A stretch of 64,000 nucleotides of DNA from a virus. Lineage: Duplodnaviria > Caudoviricetes. Of this stretch, positions 10,211 through 20,835 are shown piece by piece. Under the pieces are notes generated by a model. It was not told the origin of the DNA and did no database searches. It was given only the letters and a program-made list of their open reading frames with translations. A program made the translations under genes and the position numbers. The first letter of the stretch is position 1. Each line of letters starts with the position of its first letter. Location of the stretch: positions 1 to 64,000 of IMG/VR virus record IMGVR_UViG_3300020049_007105, one strand, 5' to 3'.

Positions 10211-10965
10211 GCTTCCTCCTCTAGCCGAACCAGCAGATTCTGATTCTCATTAAATTTTTGAACATACTTCACTTCTGGCATCCTCAACGCCTCCATGTTC
10301 AGCGCCACGAATAGTGCGAACCATCCCTTACTGAACGATGTGATGAGCTTCCTTAGCGCCCAACTGTAGGCTACACGAGAATTGACTCGTTGTCCAGACG
10401 GGATCACCTGACGCTCCAGAGCGGTCACATAGACCTCCTCACGGGCCACCCGAAGCTGGTCTGTGGCACTCAGGTTCAGAAACTTGTCGCGGTCCACCAT
10501 GACTCCAGCGCCGTCTTTAAGGATGGCTGTATAGAGCGGGCGATCATAGTATGCGACCGCCTTATGGATACTGTCATGGTCATAAACCCTAGTAACATTC
10601 TTGTTAAAGAAGTCTTCGGGCTCCGCATTCAAGTTGACACGCTTCTTGCCGTGCAGGTCTTCCCAGATGGGATACAAGATGTCATACAGGTCAGGGAGGA
10701 ATCGTGCTCCAGCCTGCTGCATTCTGATCAGGTAGTACTGGTGCTTGTTCCATGAACCATTCTTCATCTCCCAAAAAATGTGGGAAATCTTTATGGTGTA
10801 GAGTTCGTCCAAGGTCGCAATGTCAAGCCAATCCCAAGCTTCCAGCCGAGGGTCATAGAAGCAGTCAGCGTCCTCGAACTTCAGGTCTGAGAAGAAGTCA
10901 ACATCTTTAGGTGTTACGTCTGACAACCAGAAGTTCAGAGCCTCTGAGCCTACGAGTGTTTTCAT
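10207..10965 (-). CDS. conserved phage protein with a nucleotidyltransferase-like N-terminus
   Basis: LVGS...PKDVD (GS...DxD), plus LYTIKISH and DHDSIH blocks. Confidence 0.5.
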   Translation of the reverse strand: MKTLVGSEALNFWLSDVTPKDVDFFSDLKFEDADCFYDPRLEAWDWLDIATLDELYTIKISHIFWEMKNGSWNKHQYYLIRMQQAGARFLPDLYDILYPIWEDLHGKKRVNLNAEPEDFFNKNVTRVYDHDSIHKAVAYYDRPLYTAILKDGAGVMVDRDKFLNLSATDQLRVAREEVYVTALERQVIPSGQRVNSRVAYSWALRKLITSFSKGWFALFVALNMEALRMPEVKYVQKFNENQNLLVRLEEEA

Positions 10966-11193
10966 TCGGCCTCCTCGGGCATCGGGTTTGGGACCCTAGT
11001 AGTTGCGGCGCTGCTTGTCAAGCGATTTCTTTGGCCTGCTCAATCAGGCGCATCGCTTGGGCCACCAAATACTCGGCTTCAGTTTCTTCGTCTTCGCTGA
11101 GAGCCAAGAAGTTCTGTGCTTTTTCTAGATCACTCAGGGCTGCATTGAGCCACCCGTTAAGCTGAGACCGATACGGCTCCACTGGGTGGCGCT

Positions 11194-11796
11194 TCAACAC
11201 TGGATGCCCAGTCCCTCTTCAACACATTCGAGTACTTCTGCATAGGTGGCTTCCGGGTCTCCATCAATTACTTGTACGGGGACCCAGCGTGGATACTCCC
11301 GATGCACCTGCTCCCAATACCCACTAGCCACTCGGTCATAGAAGCTGGAGTCCTTGGACTCATAGAAGTCTTTTGTATCACGCTCCTTAAAGCCTTGAGT
11401 GCCATCTGCACGGTGCAGGAAGATTACGAGATCACCGGGTGCTTTACGGAGAGCCTTCTCGTTGATAGAACTAATCCAGTCCCATTCCAGGCCCTCCCCG
11501 TACACGTTGTAGGCAACAGAGGAGCCAATGTAGCGGTCGCACACTACATGCTGCCCAGCTTCGAGACGTGGTAGCACGTTTGTCAGAATGTTGCTCAAAC
11601 GATCCGCAGCAAAAAGCAGGGATTTAACTTCGGGGCCGCTTTCGGTGTAAAGGATTTGTTCACGAATAGCAGCACCGAGTCCTGATGCACCAGGCTCAAA
11701 AGTGTAGTAGGCACCCAGGTCCTTAGCCAACCTTTTTGCCATAGTGCTTTTACCTACACCGTCGATGCCTTCAAAGACAATGAAGTTGCCTCTCAT
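11194..11796 (-). CDS. tmk: thymidylate (dTMP) kinase
   Basis: FIVFEGIDGVGKST P-loop, TFEPG, LLFAADR, VVCDRY..SS.AY; AGGAG RBS before the ATG at 11796. Confidence 0.92.
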   Translation of the reverse strand: MRGNFIVFEGIDGVGKSTMAKRLAKDLGAYYTFEPGASGLGAAIREQILYTESGPEVKSLLFAADRLSNILTNVLPRLEAGQHVVCDRYIGSSVAYNVYGEGLEWDWISSINEKALRKAPGDLVIFLHRADGTQGFKERDTKDFYESKDSSFYDRVASGYWEQVHREYPRWVPVQVIDGDPEATYAEVLECVEEGLGIQC

Positions 11797-11880
11797 ATTA
11801 CTCCTGTCCTTAACAAAATTACGCACTATAGAAATTTACCATACACGAAGGCCAACAGCCACCAGTCTGATCGCTCCATC

Positions 11881-12915
11881 TTAATCCTTTTCTTTAGAAA
11901 GATACTTCCTAGAGATAGCCTTAAAGGTGTCGGATGAATTGTTCACATCAGGATAAGTGCCATCCAGGCTGTGCCACACGATGCCCTCTGTGAGCCGTTC
12001 TGGGACCTCCAGAGACTTGATGCCATCGGCCTGCTCCACTACCCCTTCGATGGTACCAGGCAGCTCCAGGTCGTACACATGCGCCCCCAAGTCCAAAGCC
12101 CAAGCGGGCCAAGTGTGTCGAGGGGCAGAAACCTTGTTTTTCAACAACTTGAAGATGAACGGTCGCTGCTTCTTGAGCCCCAGCTTGTTGGACTGAATGC
12201 TTGGACCAGCAATCTCCATCTGGATAGCATCGTACTCGCTGGCAAGCAGAGCCTCGTCCAAACCGAAGTCCTTGACGGCCTGAGCGTACCGATTGTCTTC
12301 CAGCGAGATTTGCCAGTTGCGAGAGCACAAGAAAAGTTCGTCACCATCTCGTGCAAGAGTGCATGAAGTCCCGTCGATCTTCTCGGTTGCAATCCAGTCG
12401 AGCTTCTGAATTTCGGCCCACTCGTCCTCAGTGAAGTTCTCCACACGAGGTGAATCGGTCTTGCTGGCAATATGAGTGGGAAACTTACCAATCTGTAGTC
12501 CACTACCGGAGTCAGGAAGTGGTGGCTCCCACTTACCGATGCCAATGTTGTCCTGTAGGGGCTGGCCGTTGCAACGGGACATTTCGATCGCAATACGAAA
12601 CTTGGACCGGGGCATAATGGTCCCCTGGCTGTATGTTCCACGAAGACGAACGGTCCTCAGGATGTGGTAGTCTTTTCCGTTAACAGTTCGCCGCCCAAAC
12701 TTAGCGTAAGACTCGAATCGTGGGTCGTCTAGGGGAAGGGCGCTATCAATTTCAAAGTAGACAACACTGTCACCAACCTGATAGTCACCCTTCCCTGAAA
12801 CCACCCACCAGTTCCGAACCTTATAGGCTTCGATATTGTCGGCGTTTTCAATTGGCCGTACTTCTTGAATTGTTTCAACCGAAACCAAGTTCCGGTCACT
12901 CTCGTAGTCAATCAT
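11881..12915 (-). CDS. RNA ligase with N-terminal OB domain (DRB0094/Rnl2-like)
   Basis: N-terminal IRPIENADNIE...YFEIDS...LRGTYSQG; motif I TEKIDGTS, EGIV, FKAIS. Confidence 0.85.
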   Translation of the reverse strand: MIDYESDRNLVSVETIQEVRPIENADNIEAYKVRNWWVVSGKGDYQVGDSVVYFEIDSALPLDDPRFESYAKFGRRTVNGKDYHILRTVRLRGTYSQGTIMPRSKFRIAIEMSRCNGQPLQDNIGIGKWEPPLPDSGSGLQIGKFPTHIASKTDSPRVENFTEDEWAEIQKLDWIATEKIDGTSCTLARDGDELFLCSRNWQISLEDNRYAQAVKDFGLDEALLASEYDAIQMEIAGPSIQSNKLGLKKQRPFIFKLLKNKVSAPRHTWPAWALDLGAHVYDLELPGTIEGVVEQADGIKSLEVPERLTEGIVWHSLDGTYPDVNNSSDTFKAISRKYLSKEKD

Positions 12916-13332
12916 TTAATCCCCTACTTTCGTAATATACGTTGGAATTCCCCGACTGATTGCCAGTTCAGCCGTGAACTTGGTTCCCTTGCTTTGACCC
13001 AAAGGCTTATCCACATAGGCGAACACAACGTCAGGCTTGTCTTCCACAACCATAACCCAGTTGCGCCTCAGTGCCGCTGCTCGACAGGTTGAACTAGGGT
13101 CGCACCGGCAAACGATTCCGGTCTCACCAGGGTCATGCGAGGCCCAGTTTGGACGACGCTTAATGATCTCCATGCCATGAATTTCAGCAGCATCGTGAGC
13201 GATCGTATCAACACCCTCAGCCATCCCACAAATCAGGGTTGGCTTAGGTGTCTTTTGCGCCAGTGCGGCCATCATCATTTCGATGTGGTAGTGGTCTTTT
13301 ACCGTTCTTGAGCCAGAGAAGAGAACTCGCAT
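12916..13332 (-). CDS. SLOG-superfamily (YspA/DUF2493-like) protein
   Basis: RVLFSGSR...LICGMAEGVDT.A...AALRRN..MV...SKGT. Confidence 0.7.
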   Translation of the reverse strand: MRVLFSGSRTVKDHYHIEMMMAALAQKTPKPTLICGMAEGVDTIAHDAAEIHGMEIIKRRPNWASHDPGETGIVCRCDPSSTCRAAALRRNWVMVVEDKPDVVFAYVDKPLGQSKGTKFTAELAISRGIPTYITKVGD

Positions 13333-13970
13333 TACTGCCCCAGTCGAGCCAGAAGCGTTTCAGCTTCCATCTGAAGCTCCTTGGTAAGGAATGGCAGATT
13401 TCGAGCCGGGTGCTCGGGGTCAGAGTCGTTCAGAAAATAAGGCTCGTCAGCAGTCACCTGATTTTCAGCAACAATAAGCTTCTTCAGTGCGTTAATGGTG
13501 TCCATAAGGGCCGCTTCGTGTACCGCACACTGAGTGGTGTAGGTATTGAGGTGCTGCTCGTCCTGAGCCTTAATGATATCAGTGGTGTCCATAATTGTTC
13601 TCCTTGTTAAAAAGTGTTAAGCCAAATGCGGTCATAGTCTGCGAAATCGTAGATTCGGTCCCAAATGAAGTTGAATGTATCAGCGACTTCATCTTCGTCA
13701 TCTTCGTCATCGAGCGTCCACTCCAACTCTTCAATGAGACTGCTCAAAGACTCACCGGAAGCGTAAGCGTCACCATCGGTTTGGTTCTTATACCAGTTGG
13801 ACCTCTTGACTATAGCAACAATCTCGCTAATTCTTTCCTTAAGTGGGACTTCCTCATTATGCCAGATGGATGTGAAGTCCAGCCTCTCCTTCCAGGATGG
13901 CTTGCCTTGAGCAATTCGCTCACGGGACAACGTGAACATATCTGCTTTGTGCTCAGGTGTGTTCGGCATT

Positions 13971-15074
13971 CTAATTCCTTTCGGGTTTATCTGTCTTGTC
14001 GGGCTCAATGAGTTTCCAGATTGGCTTTCTCAGCTCCTTGTTGTCTTCAATTGAGAATACAAGGCCAGGGTTGTCGCTATTAGCAAGGTTTAGTTCCGCA
14101 AACTCCTTGCGGTCTACAGTACCCCAACCGATTTCTTTCTTGATGGCAGCCCAGTCTTGCATTGCCTTGCAATGAATTGCATCAAACTTCTCTCCAAGTT
14201 CAATTACCTTCTTGGTAATCCAGGGTGCGAACTCTTCTGGGACGGCTGCCATGAAGTCGTTCATTTTCTCTTCACTGAGATCAGGGTCACTGAGGAGTTC
14301 CCAAACCTTACGGCTGGAGAGGCCGAAGACAAAGCGATGAAGGGCTACATATTCTGAGGATTTCATCTTGGCCCGGATTGGTGGGCCTTCCGGCTGGTCC
14401 CAAACAAGCACTACGCCTTCGGTATTGGGTCGCTCCTCGACAAGCTTACTAATGTTGCAGTCATGCGCCCACAAGGTAGCTCTGTCGAATTGGCCAACGC
14501 TTTGAAGAAGCTGCGGGACCTCACCCAAGAAAACCCGACTTCCGTCGCTGTTGTTCACGGCATCCAGAAACACGAGGCCAGAATAATCGCCATAGTCTAC
14601 AACAATACGGTTCTCTGGATAAACGATCTCGAAAAGCAGGGTGGAATTGTGGCTGATAGTATCGTCCAGCCGACCTTCCAGGAACCGGCTCGCCCAGACC
14701 GCCTGATCCGAAGTGAAGGAGCCCCGTGTCGCAATCTTCACCCCAGTTGGGCTCGGGTAAGTAATACCCAGGGACCCGTCCATCTTTTCGATGACATTGT
14801 TTGGAGGCCACTCGGGAAGCGCCCCAAGTTCAGGCTTCTGTTCATGTTCCTGCACGTTAAAGAACTTTGGGAACGGCCGGGAAACAAGTAGTCCGTTTTC
14901 ATGGTCATAAATGAGACCCCGACACATCATCGTCACATCATCCCAGTTACCTTCATACTGGCACTGAGGCGTGTAGTTCAGGATGGCCAGGTAGTCGTAT
15001 TCGGGATGGTAGCGTCGAGAAATATTGCCAGCATCTATGTGCCAGTTGATCTTTGCAACATCTAGTTCAGCCAT
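13971..15074 (-). CDS. T4 Rnl1-like RNA ligase
   Basis: CRGLI...SRPFPKFFN, motif I IEKMDGSLG, ATRGSF, LFEIV, EGVV, KMKSSEY. Confidence 0.88.
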   Translation of the reverse strand: MAELDVAKINWHIDAGNISRRYHPEYDYLAILNYTPQCQYEGNWDDVTMMCRGLIYDHENGLLVSRPFPKFFNVQEHEQKPELGALPEWPPNNVIEKMDGSLGITYPSPTGVKIATRGSFTSDQAVWASRFLEGRLDDTISHNSTLLFEIVYPENRIVVDYGDYSGLVFLDAVNNSDGSRVFLGEVPQLLQSVGQFDRATLWAHDCNISKLVEERPNTEGVVLVWDQPEGPPIRAKMKSSEYVALHRFVFGLSSRKVWELLSDPDLSEEKMNDFMAAVPEEFAPWITKKVIELGEKFDAIHCKAMQDWAAIKKEIGWGTVDRKEFAELNLANSDNPGLVFSIEDNKELRKPIWKLIEPDKTDKPERN

Positions 15075-15328
15075 ACTTTACATCTTCCTGACGAATACTT
15101 AGAACTTGAACAGTGGTCTTCATTGAAGTAATAGCTACATCCAGGTAATCCAGACCTGCGACCCCTGAGCCATCAAGGATGGCGTCCTGGTTGGCGTCGA
15201 GATACTTAGCAAGTTGATCTGCCATCTCGAAGGCAGTTCGGAACTCGTGCTTCTCTTCCATTTTACGAGTCTCTTCACTAACACTGACCATCTTGGCCTC
15301 CTTGTGGTGTTTGCTTGAAGATAGCACA

Positions 15329-15368
15329 ACAGCGGGTCCAGGTCAACCACAAACCCAGGACCCGCTGT
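15329..15368. terminator. stem-loop in an intergenic gap
   Basis: ACAGCGGGTCC...GGACCCGCTGT 11-bp stem. Confidence 0.45.
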
Positions 15369-16477
15369 GTTGCCGCCTAAGAGGCGTAATTCATCTCAGG
15401 CTATACCCGTAACCAAGCTGTACTCAGCGTGGCTCAGACGCCCACCAGTGGGCTCTCAAGCAGCTTTAGGGCTCCCAAGCTGACGTCCTCGGTCAGCTCG
15501 ATCATCGCCTGAGCGGCCCCGCTGTACTCCAGCTCCCGAATGCCATAGGTCTGAGCCAGTTCAGCCAGAAAAGCTTGGTGCTCGACCAGCTCACTACGAA
15601 GATCACGAATCACAGCCATCAAATCATCTCGGTTATTAACCACTTGCTCTCGTTTCTGTTATTGTTTTGGATATTGGTTACTACATCTTGCATGTCGTTT
15701 AGAATCTCATTTAATTCATCAATTTCGGATGGCGGTCTCTTTTCTAACTCGCCTTGATATTCAAACAAAAAATCTGCTGCAACGCTCAGCTTAAGCTCGA
15801 CTGCTTCAAAGCTAACCTGACTGCGATCTACCCGTTGAGCCAACCGAGCGCTCCCTCCTGGTCCTTCATTCGGGCCAAACTAGCAATGGCATTAGCCAAG
15901 TTAGCCTCAACCTCAGAATCCAAACCTGACTGCCACCATGCTGAGATTAGGGCAGAGACTTCAGCGTTATTCTTCGGCTCCGGCAAAAACTCACCTTTAG
16001 CACCCTCGGCCTTGTCCAGCCACCAAGTGCTGTCAGTCCGGTCCTCGAACTCAACCCCGTCTGTGAGCACCGCCCTGAGGGTATTGATAGCGTACCGGTA
16101 TTGGCGCCATGCCGAATCAGGCAGGCCGCGACAAGTAAGCTCTAGGAACTCTACGGTGCCCTCCAACTGCTTTTTGTCAACCTTCATGCTTGCTCCTTGT
16201 TTCGACTCTTAGCGAATTCAATAACAGTAGCTTTATGTGCCTCACCCTTACTACTGAACTCTTCTCGCATCTGTGTTGGATCAAACTCCATCATAGTCTT
16301 TGCCAGATTGATTTCAGCAGTAGCTCGACTCAAGTCCTCCCAGTATGTTGAAGAGTAAGCGGTGGCATGACTGAAACCGTCACCCTCATCATTATCCATA
16401 GCAAACTTGATTCGATAGATTGCGGTCTCAACCAAAGCCTTGACTACAACATCTCGCTCGTCATTAGTAACGTACAT

Positions 16478-16921
16478 TTAATCCTCCTTCTTGTGTTGGT
16501 TCTTCCAGGGCTCTAGGGCAACCACAGTGCAGCCCCGCTCCTTCGCTGCGCCCAGATACCCCTTTTCGATAATTCCCACCTCGCAAAGCACCTCCAGCAG
16601 TTTCAGGTACTGGGCCCCCAACATACCCTTGTCGATAATGAGATGATGGTGACCTGGAGTCTCAGACTCCATGAGGGCTACAGGCCAGTCGATGTCTAGC
16701 ACAGGGCGGTGGTAGCCGTCAAATCCACCGCCCTCACTGGGAGCCCCGGAAGCGAAACCCTTAATCTCGGGGAACTGATCCCCGAAAGCATCCTCGCCCG
16801 GAGGGGACCCGTAAGAGTCAGAGTTTGGGTTCGGACGAAAAGTGCCATAAGGCAATCCATTCAGCCGCCCCTCCACCTTAAAGTCTGTAGCCTTAACCTT
16901 AATTTGGGTCGTCATAACCAT
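16478..16921 (-). CDS. small protein with primase-polymerase-like motifs
   Basis: VLDID followed by SETPGHHH resembles AEP motifs I (DxD) and II (S..G.H). Confidence 0.35.
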   Translation of the reverse strand: MVMTTQIKVKATDFKVEGRLNGLPYGTFRPNPNSDSYGSPPGEDAFGDQFPEIKGFASGAPSEGGGFDGYHRPVLDIDWPVALMESETPGHHHLIIDKGMLGAQYLKLLEVLCEVGIIEKGYLGAAKERGCTVVALEPWKNQHKKED

Positions 16922-17599
16922 CCTCTTTCAACAAGATCATAATGTTGTCAATATCTTCGATAAGATCGACCGTGATATCAATGCAAGCAGTGAGGAACTG
17001 ATAGACAGTAAGACTGCGGTCATTCTGTCGCCGTGCAATTTCAGCACTGTAATAAAAGCTCCCTGAAATCATCCCCCACTCGAATTCATCGATACTAGAG
17101 TCAGGGTCAATCTCCAGTTCGTACTGTGCTAGTTCTACAGCCATAGCCTCAGTAGCCCGCCACATACGGGCATCGCTCAAGTTGGTTTGAGTGCCAACCA
17201 GAAGGAAGTAGAACTTAATGAGGTCGTCTCGAAGCTGGGCGTACTCATCCAACTGCGGTCTCTTTTTCCATGTCAACCAAAACAATTACCTCGTGAAGGA
17301 GATCCAGGGTGAGTTCAATGACCTTGGCAAGAACCTTGTGGTTGGTCCCAACTGACTCCGTAGTAATGCCGTCCAAACCATTGACACTCATAGCGAACTT
17401 GAACCCTAGGAGTGCAGCACTCCAAGCCTCATCATTAATTTGGAAGCCTCCGGGCCGTGCGTTGATTTCTAGCAGACCCTCTTCGAGCTCGTAAGCTCGC
17501 CGTTCGGTGATACTCCAAAGCTCAAAACTGAGCTGATTCTCACGGACAGAAAAAACTGCCCGAAGAAAACCGTAAACACTTGCTTCCAACTGCTCTAGT

Positions 17600-17800
17600 T
17601 CAGTAGACATCGAACCACTCCATGCAGGTCTGCACCACATGATCATAGTCGCCAGAAGTTGCCTCATCTTGGAACGCCTGAATTTCGTCAGGAGAATAAC
17701 CGTTCTCCTTGAGAACACCCCGTGCTCGACCAATAATAAAGAAGGCGTTTCCGTCCTCCCCAACCAATTGCAGCTCCGGTTTAATCTTCATATCTTCCAT
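17600..17800 (-). CDS. small conserved phage protein
   Basis: LVGEDGNAFFIIGRA...EATSGDYDHVVQTC. Confidence 0.6.
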   Translation of the reverse strand: MEDMKIKPELQLVGEDGNAFFIIGRARGVLKENGYSPDEIQAFQDEATSGDYDHVVQTCMEWFDVY

Positions 17801-18696
17801 TACTTTCCTCGCTTCCAGTTAGAATACGGTGGTGGTGAAATCTCAAAACGCTTATCTCGCCAATGCAACTTGTTGGCGTGCCAACCCTTAGCGAACGATG
17901 CCTGATGCTCCCAGGGGCTCATGTGCTGTAGGTCAGCCAGTCGGCGTCCCAGGTTCAGGGCCTTGAGCCTGTCCATCTCTAGGGGGTCGGCTTGGTAGGA
18001 GACGCTAGCAGCTCGCCCAGCAGAAATCAACTCCATGTCGCTAATTTCATAGGGCAGGGGCGCCCAGCCGCTTCGATCCACTGCGAGACCCGAAGGATCA
18101 ACGTCCTCAACGAAAGGAAGATGCTCACACTGAAAAGGGTTTGACTGAATGTAGGGCGTCTTTGAAACAGCTTCATCCACTGCCCCTTCAAGCTGAGATG
18201 CTAGAGCGATCATCTCTGGCTGCACGTCAGGGTTCAGGCGGAGGTTGAAGAAGTCCTGCCACTGAAAATACTGAGCAGTAACAACCATGGTCTGGATCAT
18301 CCAGGGCTCCAAATAGCGGTTGGCAACCTGCTTGTGCAACCCAGAGCCATCGAGAGCATCCACGCTATCAATAGCCTCCAGGCTAAGATGCAGGATTTCC
18401 TGCTCCATATCCTCTCGGGCAGTAGAGTCAACCTCTTCCTCATCATACATCTTGCCAGCAAGATTCTTGCCGTAACGAAGAGGCATTGCCGGGTTGGACC
18501 GGACCTGCTCCATCCGGTTCATAACTCCAGCCGCTCGACTACTACCGGAGTTTCGTGAGAAGGCTCGGTGAGTCAGAAGCTCAGGGAGGATGAACCGATG
18601 GAAATGGCACACTACAGTGACTAGAGTAAGGTCATCGTTGGCAAGCCGTCGTGTCGCATGAGTGTAGGTAACGCTTGGGTAAAATTCTTCAGCCAC
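17800..18696 (-). CDS. thyX: FAD-dependent thymidylate synthase
   Basis: ELLTHRAFSRNSGSSRA, HKQVANRYLEP, FFNLR...QPEM, HMSPWEHQA. Confidence 0.85.
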   Translation of the reverse strand: MAEEFYPSVTYTHATRRLANDDLTLVTVVCHFHRFILPELLTHRAFSRNSGSSRAAGVMNRMEQVRSNPAMPLRYGKNLAGKMYDEEEVDSTAREDMEQEILHLSLEAIDSVDALDGSGLHKQVANRYLEPWMIQTMVVTAQYFQWQDFFNLRLNPDVQPEMIALASQLEGAVDEAVSKTPYIQSNPFQCEHLPFVEDVDPSGLAVDRSGWAPLPYEISDMELISAGRAASVSYQADPLEMDRLKALNLGRRLADLQHMSPWEHQASFAKGWHANKLHWRDKRFEISPPPYSNWKRGK

Positions 18697-19014
18697 AGAG
18701 TGGTCCTTCTTTTAATAGGTCTCGGTATCGAGTTTCGGTTCTAAACTTGTATTCGAGTTCCTCAAACAGGCTGAGCCCACGAGCCTCATTTGTATTCTCT
18801 ACACAGATTTCAACATTGCCGTTCTCATCCAGTTGAACTGACCACTCATTCTCGATCGGCTCATAGCTGTAGGTCAAGTGGTGCCAAGTGAACGGGGCTC
18901 GGGAATGCGAGTCGTCATCGGTACAGAACACGTAGAGCATTGTTTCCAGAAGCTCTCGGTCTTCTGAGAGTCCATCTTCTAGCCGTTTCCGACCAAGAAG
19001 TTCAAAGAAGTCAC

Positions 19015-19650
19015 TCACTTCCATCCCCTTACTGCAAACATGCCGTTCTTCACCACAAATAGCAACGCCTCACCCAGGGCAAGGTCGTTAGCCTCGGAAT
19101 ACTTCTTGATTTCCTTCATAAGTGTTTGCAACTCCTTCTTGTTAACATTGTCTACGAAGTTAAGTGTTGGCTTGTACTCATTACCAATTAGATAGTCCGG
19201 TGGCTTCTCAGTACTCCCAGACTCTTTGAGACGAATCATATTAATGATACGCCTAGCCATATTCTCTGAGTAACCGAAGTCCCTCATGAGAATCTTCTCA
19301 CCTTCCTTCACCCAGTTGGTTACACCGGCCATGTCAAACAAGGTGCGATATGTCAGAGCGTTAGCTTCAGCGGACCTGCGAGTAGAGTTGGCTGCAATAC
19401 GCACAAAATAGGGGTTCTTGTCCACCTCTTGGGCGAGAATAGGAATCTGCCACTTCTCAGCTACCTGCCAGCGGAGCCGTCCATCCAGGACCACACCGTC
19501 ACTATCAACGATAATGGTGTTCTCTCTAAGTTCATTGCCAGGCTCGGGGCCACGGTCCATCATCTTCTGAAGGTCCCGATTGGTACTCTCTTCGACCAGA
19601 AAGAGTTCATCAGTTAGTTTAATCTTACTGCTTGTCAGAGCCATTCTCAA
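19015..19650 (-). CDS. ParB/Srx-like N-terminal domain protein
   Basis: IIVDSDGVVLDGRLRWQVA resembles the ParB box (DG.RR). Confidence 0.5.
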   Translation of the reverse strand: MRMALTSSKIKLTDELFLVEESTNRDLQKMMDRGPEPGNELRENTIIVDSDGVVLDGRLRWQVAEKWQIPILAQEVDKNPYFVRIAANSTRRSAEANALTYRTLFDMAGVTNWVKEGEKILMRDFGYSENMARRIINMIRLKESGSTEKPPDYLIGNEYKPTLNFVDNVNKKELQTLMKEIKKYSEANDLALGEALLFVVKNGMFAVRGWK

Positions 19651-19890
19651 TCCAATCGTTCAGCTTCTCCATAAGTACTTTTTCTGTTTCGTGCGGTAGT
19701 AAGGACAGTTCGTACCAGAAAGCCATCCAGATGTTCATAAAATAGTCACTACGCTCGTTGGTCCCGATTGGCCTGGTCTCTTTACTGTTCGCTGTGATGA
19801 ACGTAACAGTGGATTCGTCGGGGTCAACAATCAGGCTGACATTTGCACCTTTTTTCGTTTTCTTTTGAATCTGGATTTCTAGTGGCTGCA

Positions 19891-20313
19891 TTAGCTCTTA
19901 GAGACCTCGCTGTTCAACCATACCGCCAGGCTTGTAATTGCCACAGCCAACTTCTGGATGGCCCTGTTTTTCAGTGCCTGCGATCGTGTAGTTCTTGGTG
20001 GACCGGCCTCCCAGGAGACCATATCTACGGGGTTGTGGAGAACTCCGTAAAGGATCAAGTCAAGGTTATCAATGGCAAAGACAGCTTGTGCCCCACAGTA
20101 CCTCTCCGCTTCCTGCCAGGTAAGCGGCATAAGGATATTCGGAGTTTTGGGGTCGTCCAAATCGTTGTAGTCGTGAAATAGACGATTCGCTTCACGTTTA
20201 GAATGGCACACAATATAGCGGAGAGGTCCACCCACTTCTCCCTTGCGAGCCCATTCCACGATTCGTTCGGTACGCCCACTCTGTCTCTGGTTTACGTCAA
20301 TAGGGATTAGCAT
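19891..20313 (-). CDS. small P-loop-like protein (start refined)
   Basis: GAAAGGG RBS; RQSGRT...IVC...FAIDN resembles a degenerate Walker A/B pair. Confidence 0.4.
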   Translation of the reverse strand: MLIPIDVNQRQSGRTERIVEWARKGEVGGPLRYIVCHSKREANRLFHDYNDLDDPKTPNILMPLTWQEAERYCGAQAVFAIDNLDLILYGVLHNPVDMVSWEAGPPRTTRSQALKNRAIQKLAVAITSLAVWLNSEVSKS

Positions 20314-20835
20314 TTTAACAACCCTTTCGTGTTGGATTCGTATAGACGCCCCCAAGAGATTCCTTGAGGTCGGCCACCCACTTGTTACGGCTTTCAGTTC
20401 GCTTTTGTGTAGTTGTTTAAGAAATTGGTGCGTAAACGGTGCGGGCGTTAGGGTAGTCGGCGGGGTCGGCGTCACCTTCGTAATAGAACTGCCATTCGTC
20501 GGGGTAGTCGGTGTCGGGTGCGGCGATAAAGCCAACAACCTCAGCCTCCTGGGTGGTTGTAATCGTTCGACTCGGGTCCTTTGGGTCAGGCCGCTTAGTG
20601 ATAATCTCGGTCACAGTATTCCCATACAGAAAGCTTGACAAAAACTCTAGGTCTTTACAAGCAATTATCCGAGATGTTCCCCCACCAGAAATGTCGCTAA
20701 ACTGGACAACAGCTTCCTTGATTTCATGCCCCACAGGAGGGGGAACCAGCATTAGAATGGAGCCCTTCAAGGGGCGACCCCATTCATTAATGGCTACGAC
20801 TGCTCGTCCAACATGAGAGCTATCAGGAGTAATCA

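Noticed and set aside
15301-15310. CTTGTGGTGT shared with the loop of the tail terminator (51362-71)
   Set aside because: A single 10-mer match is expected by chance in 64 kb.
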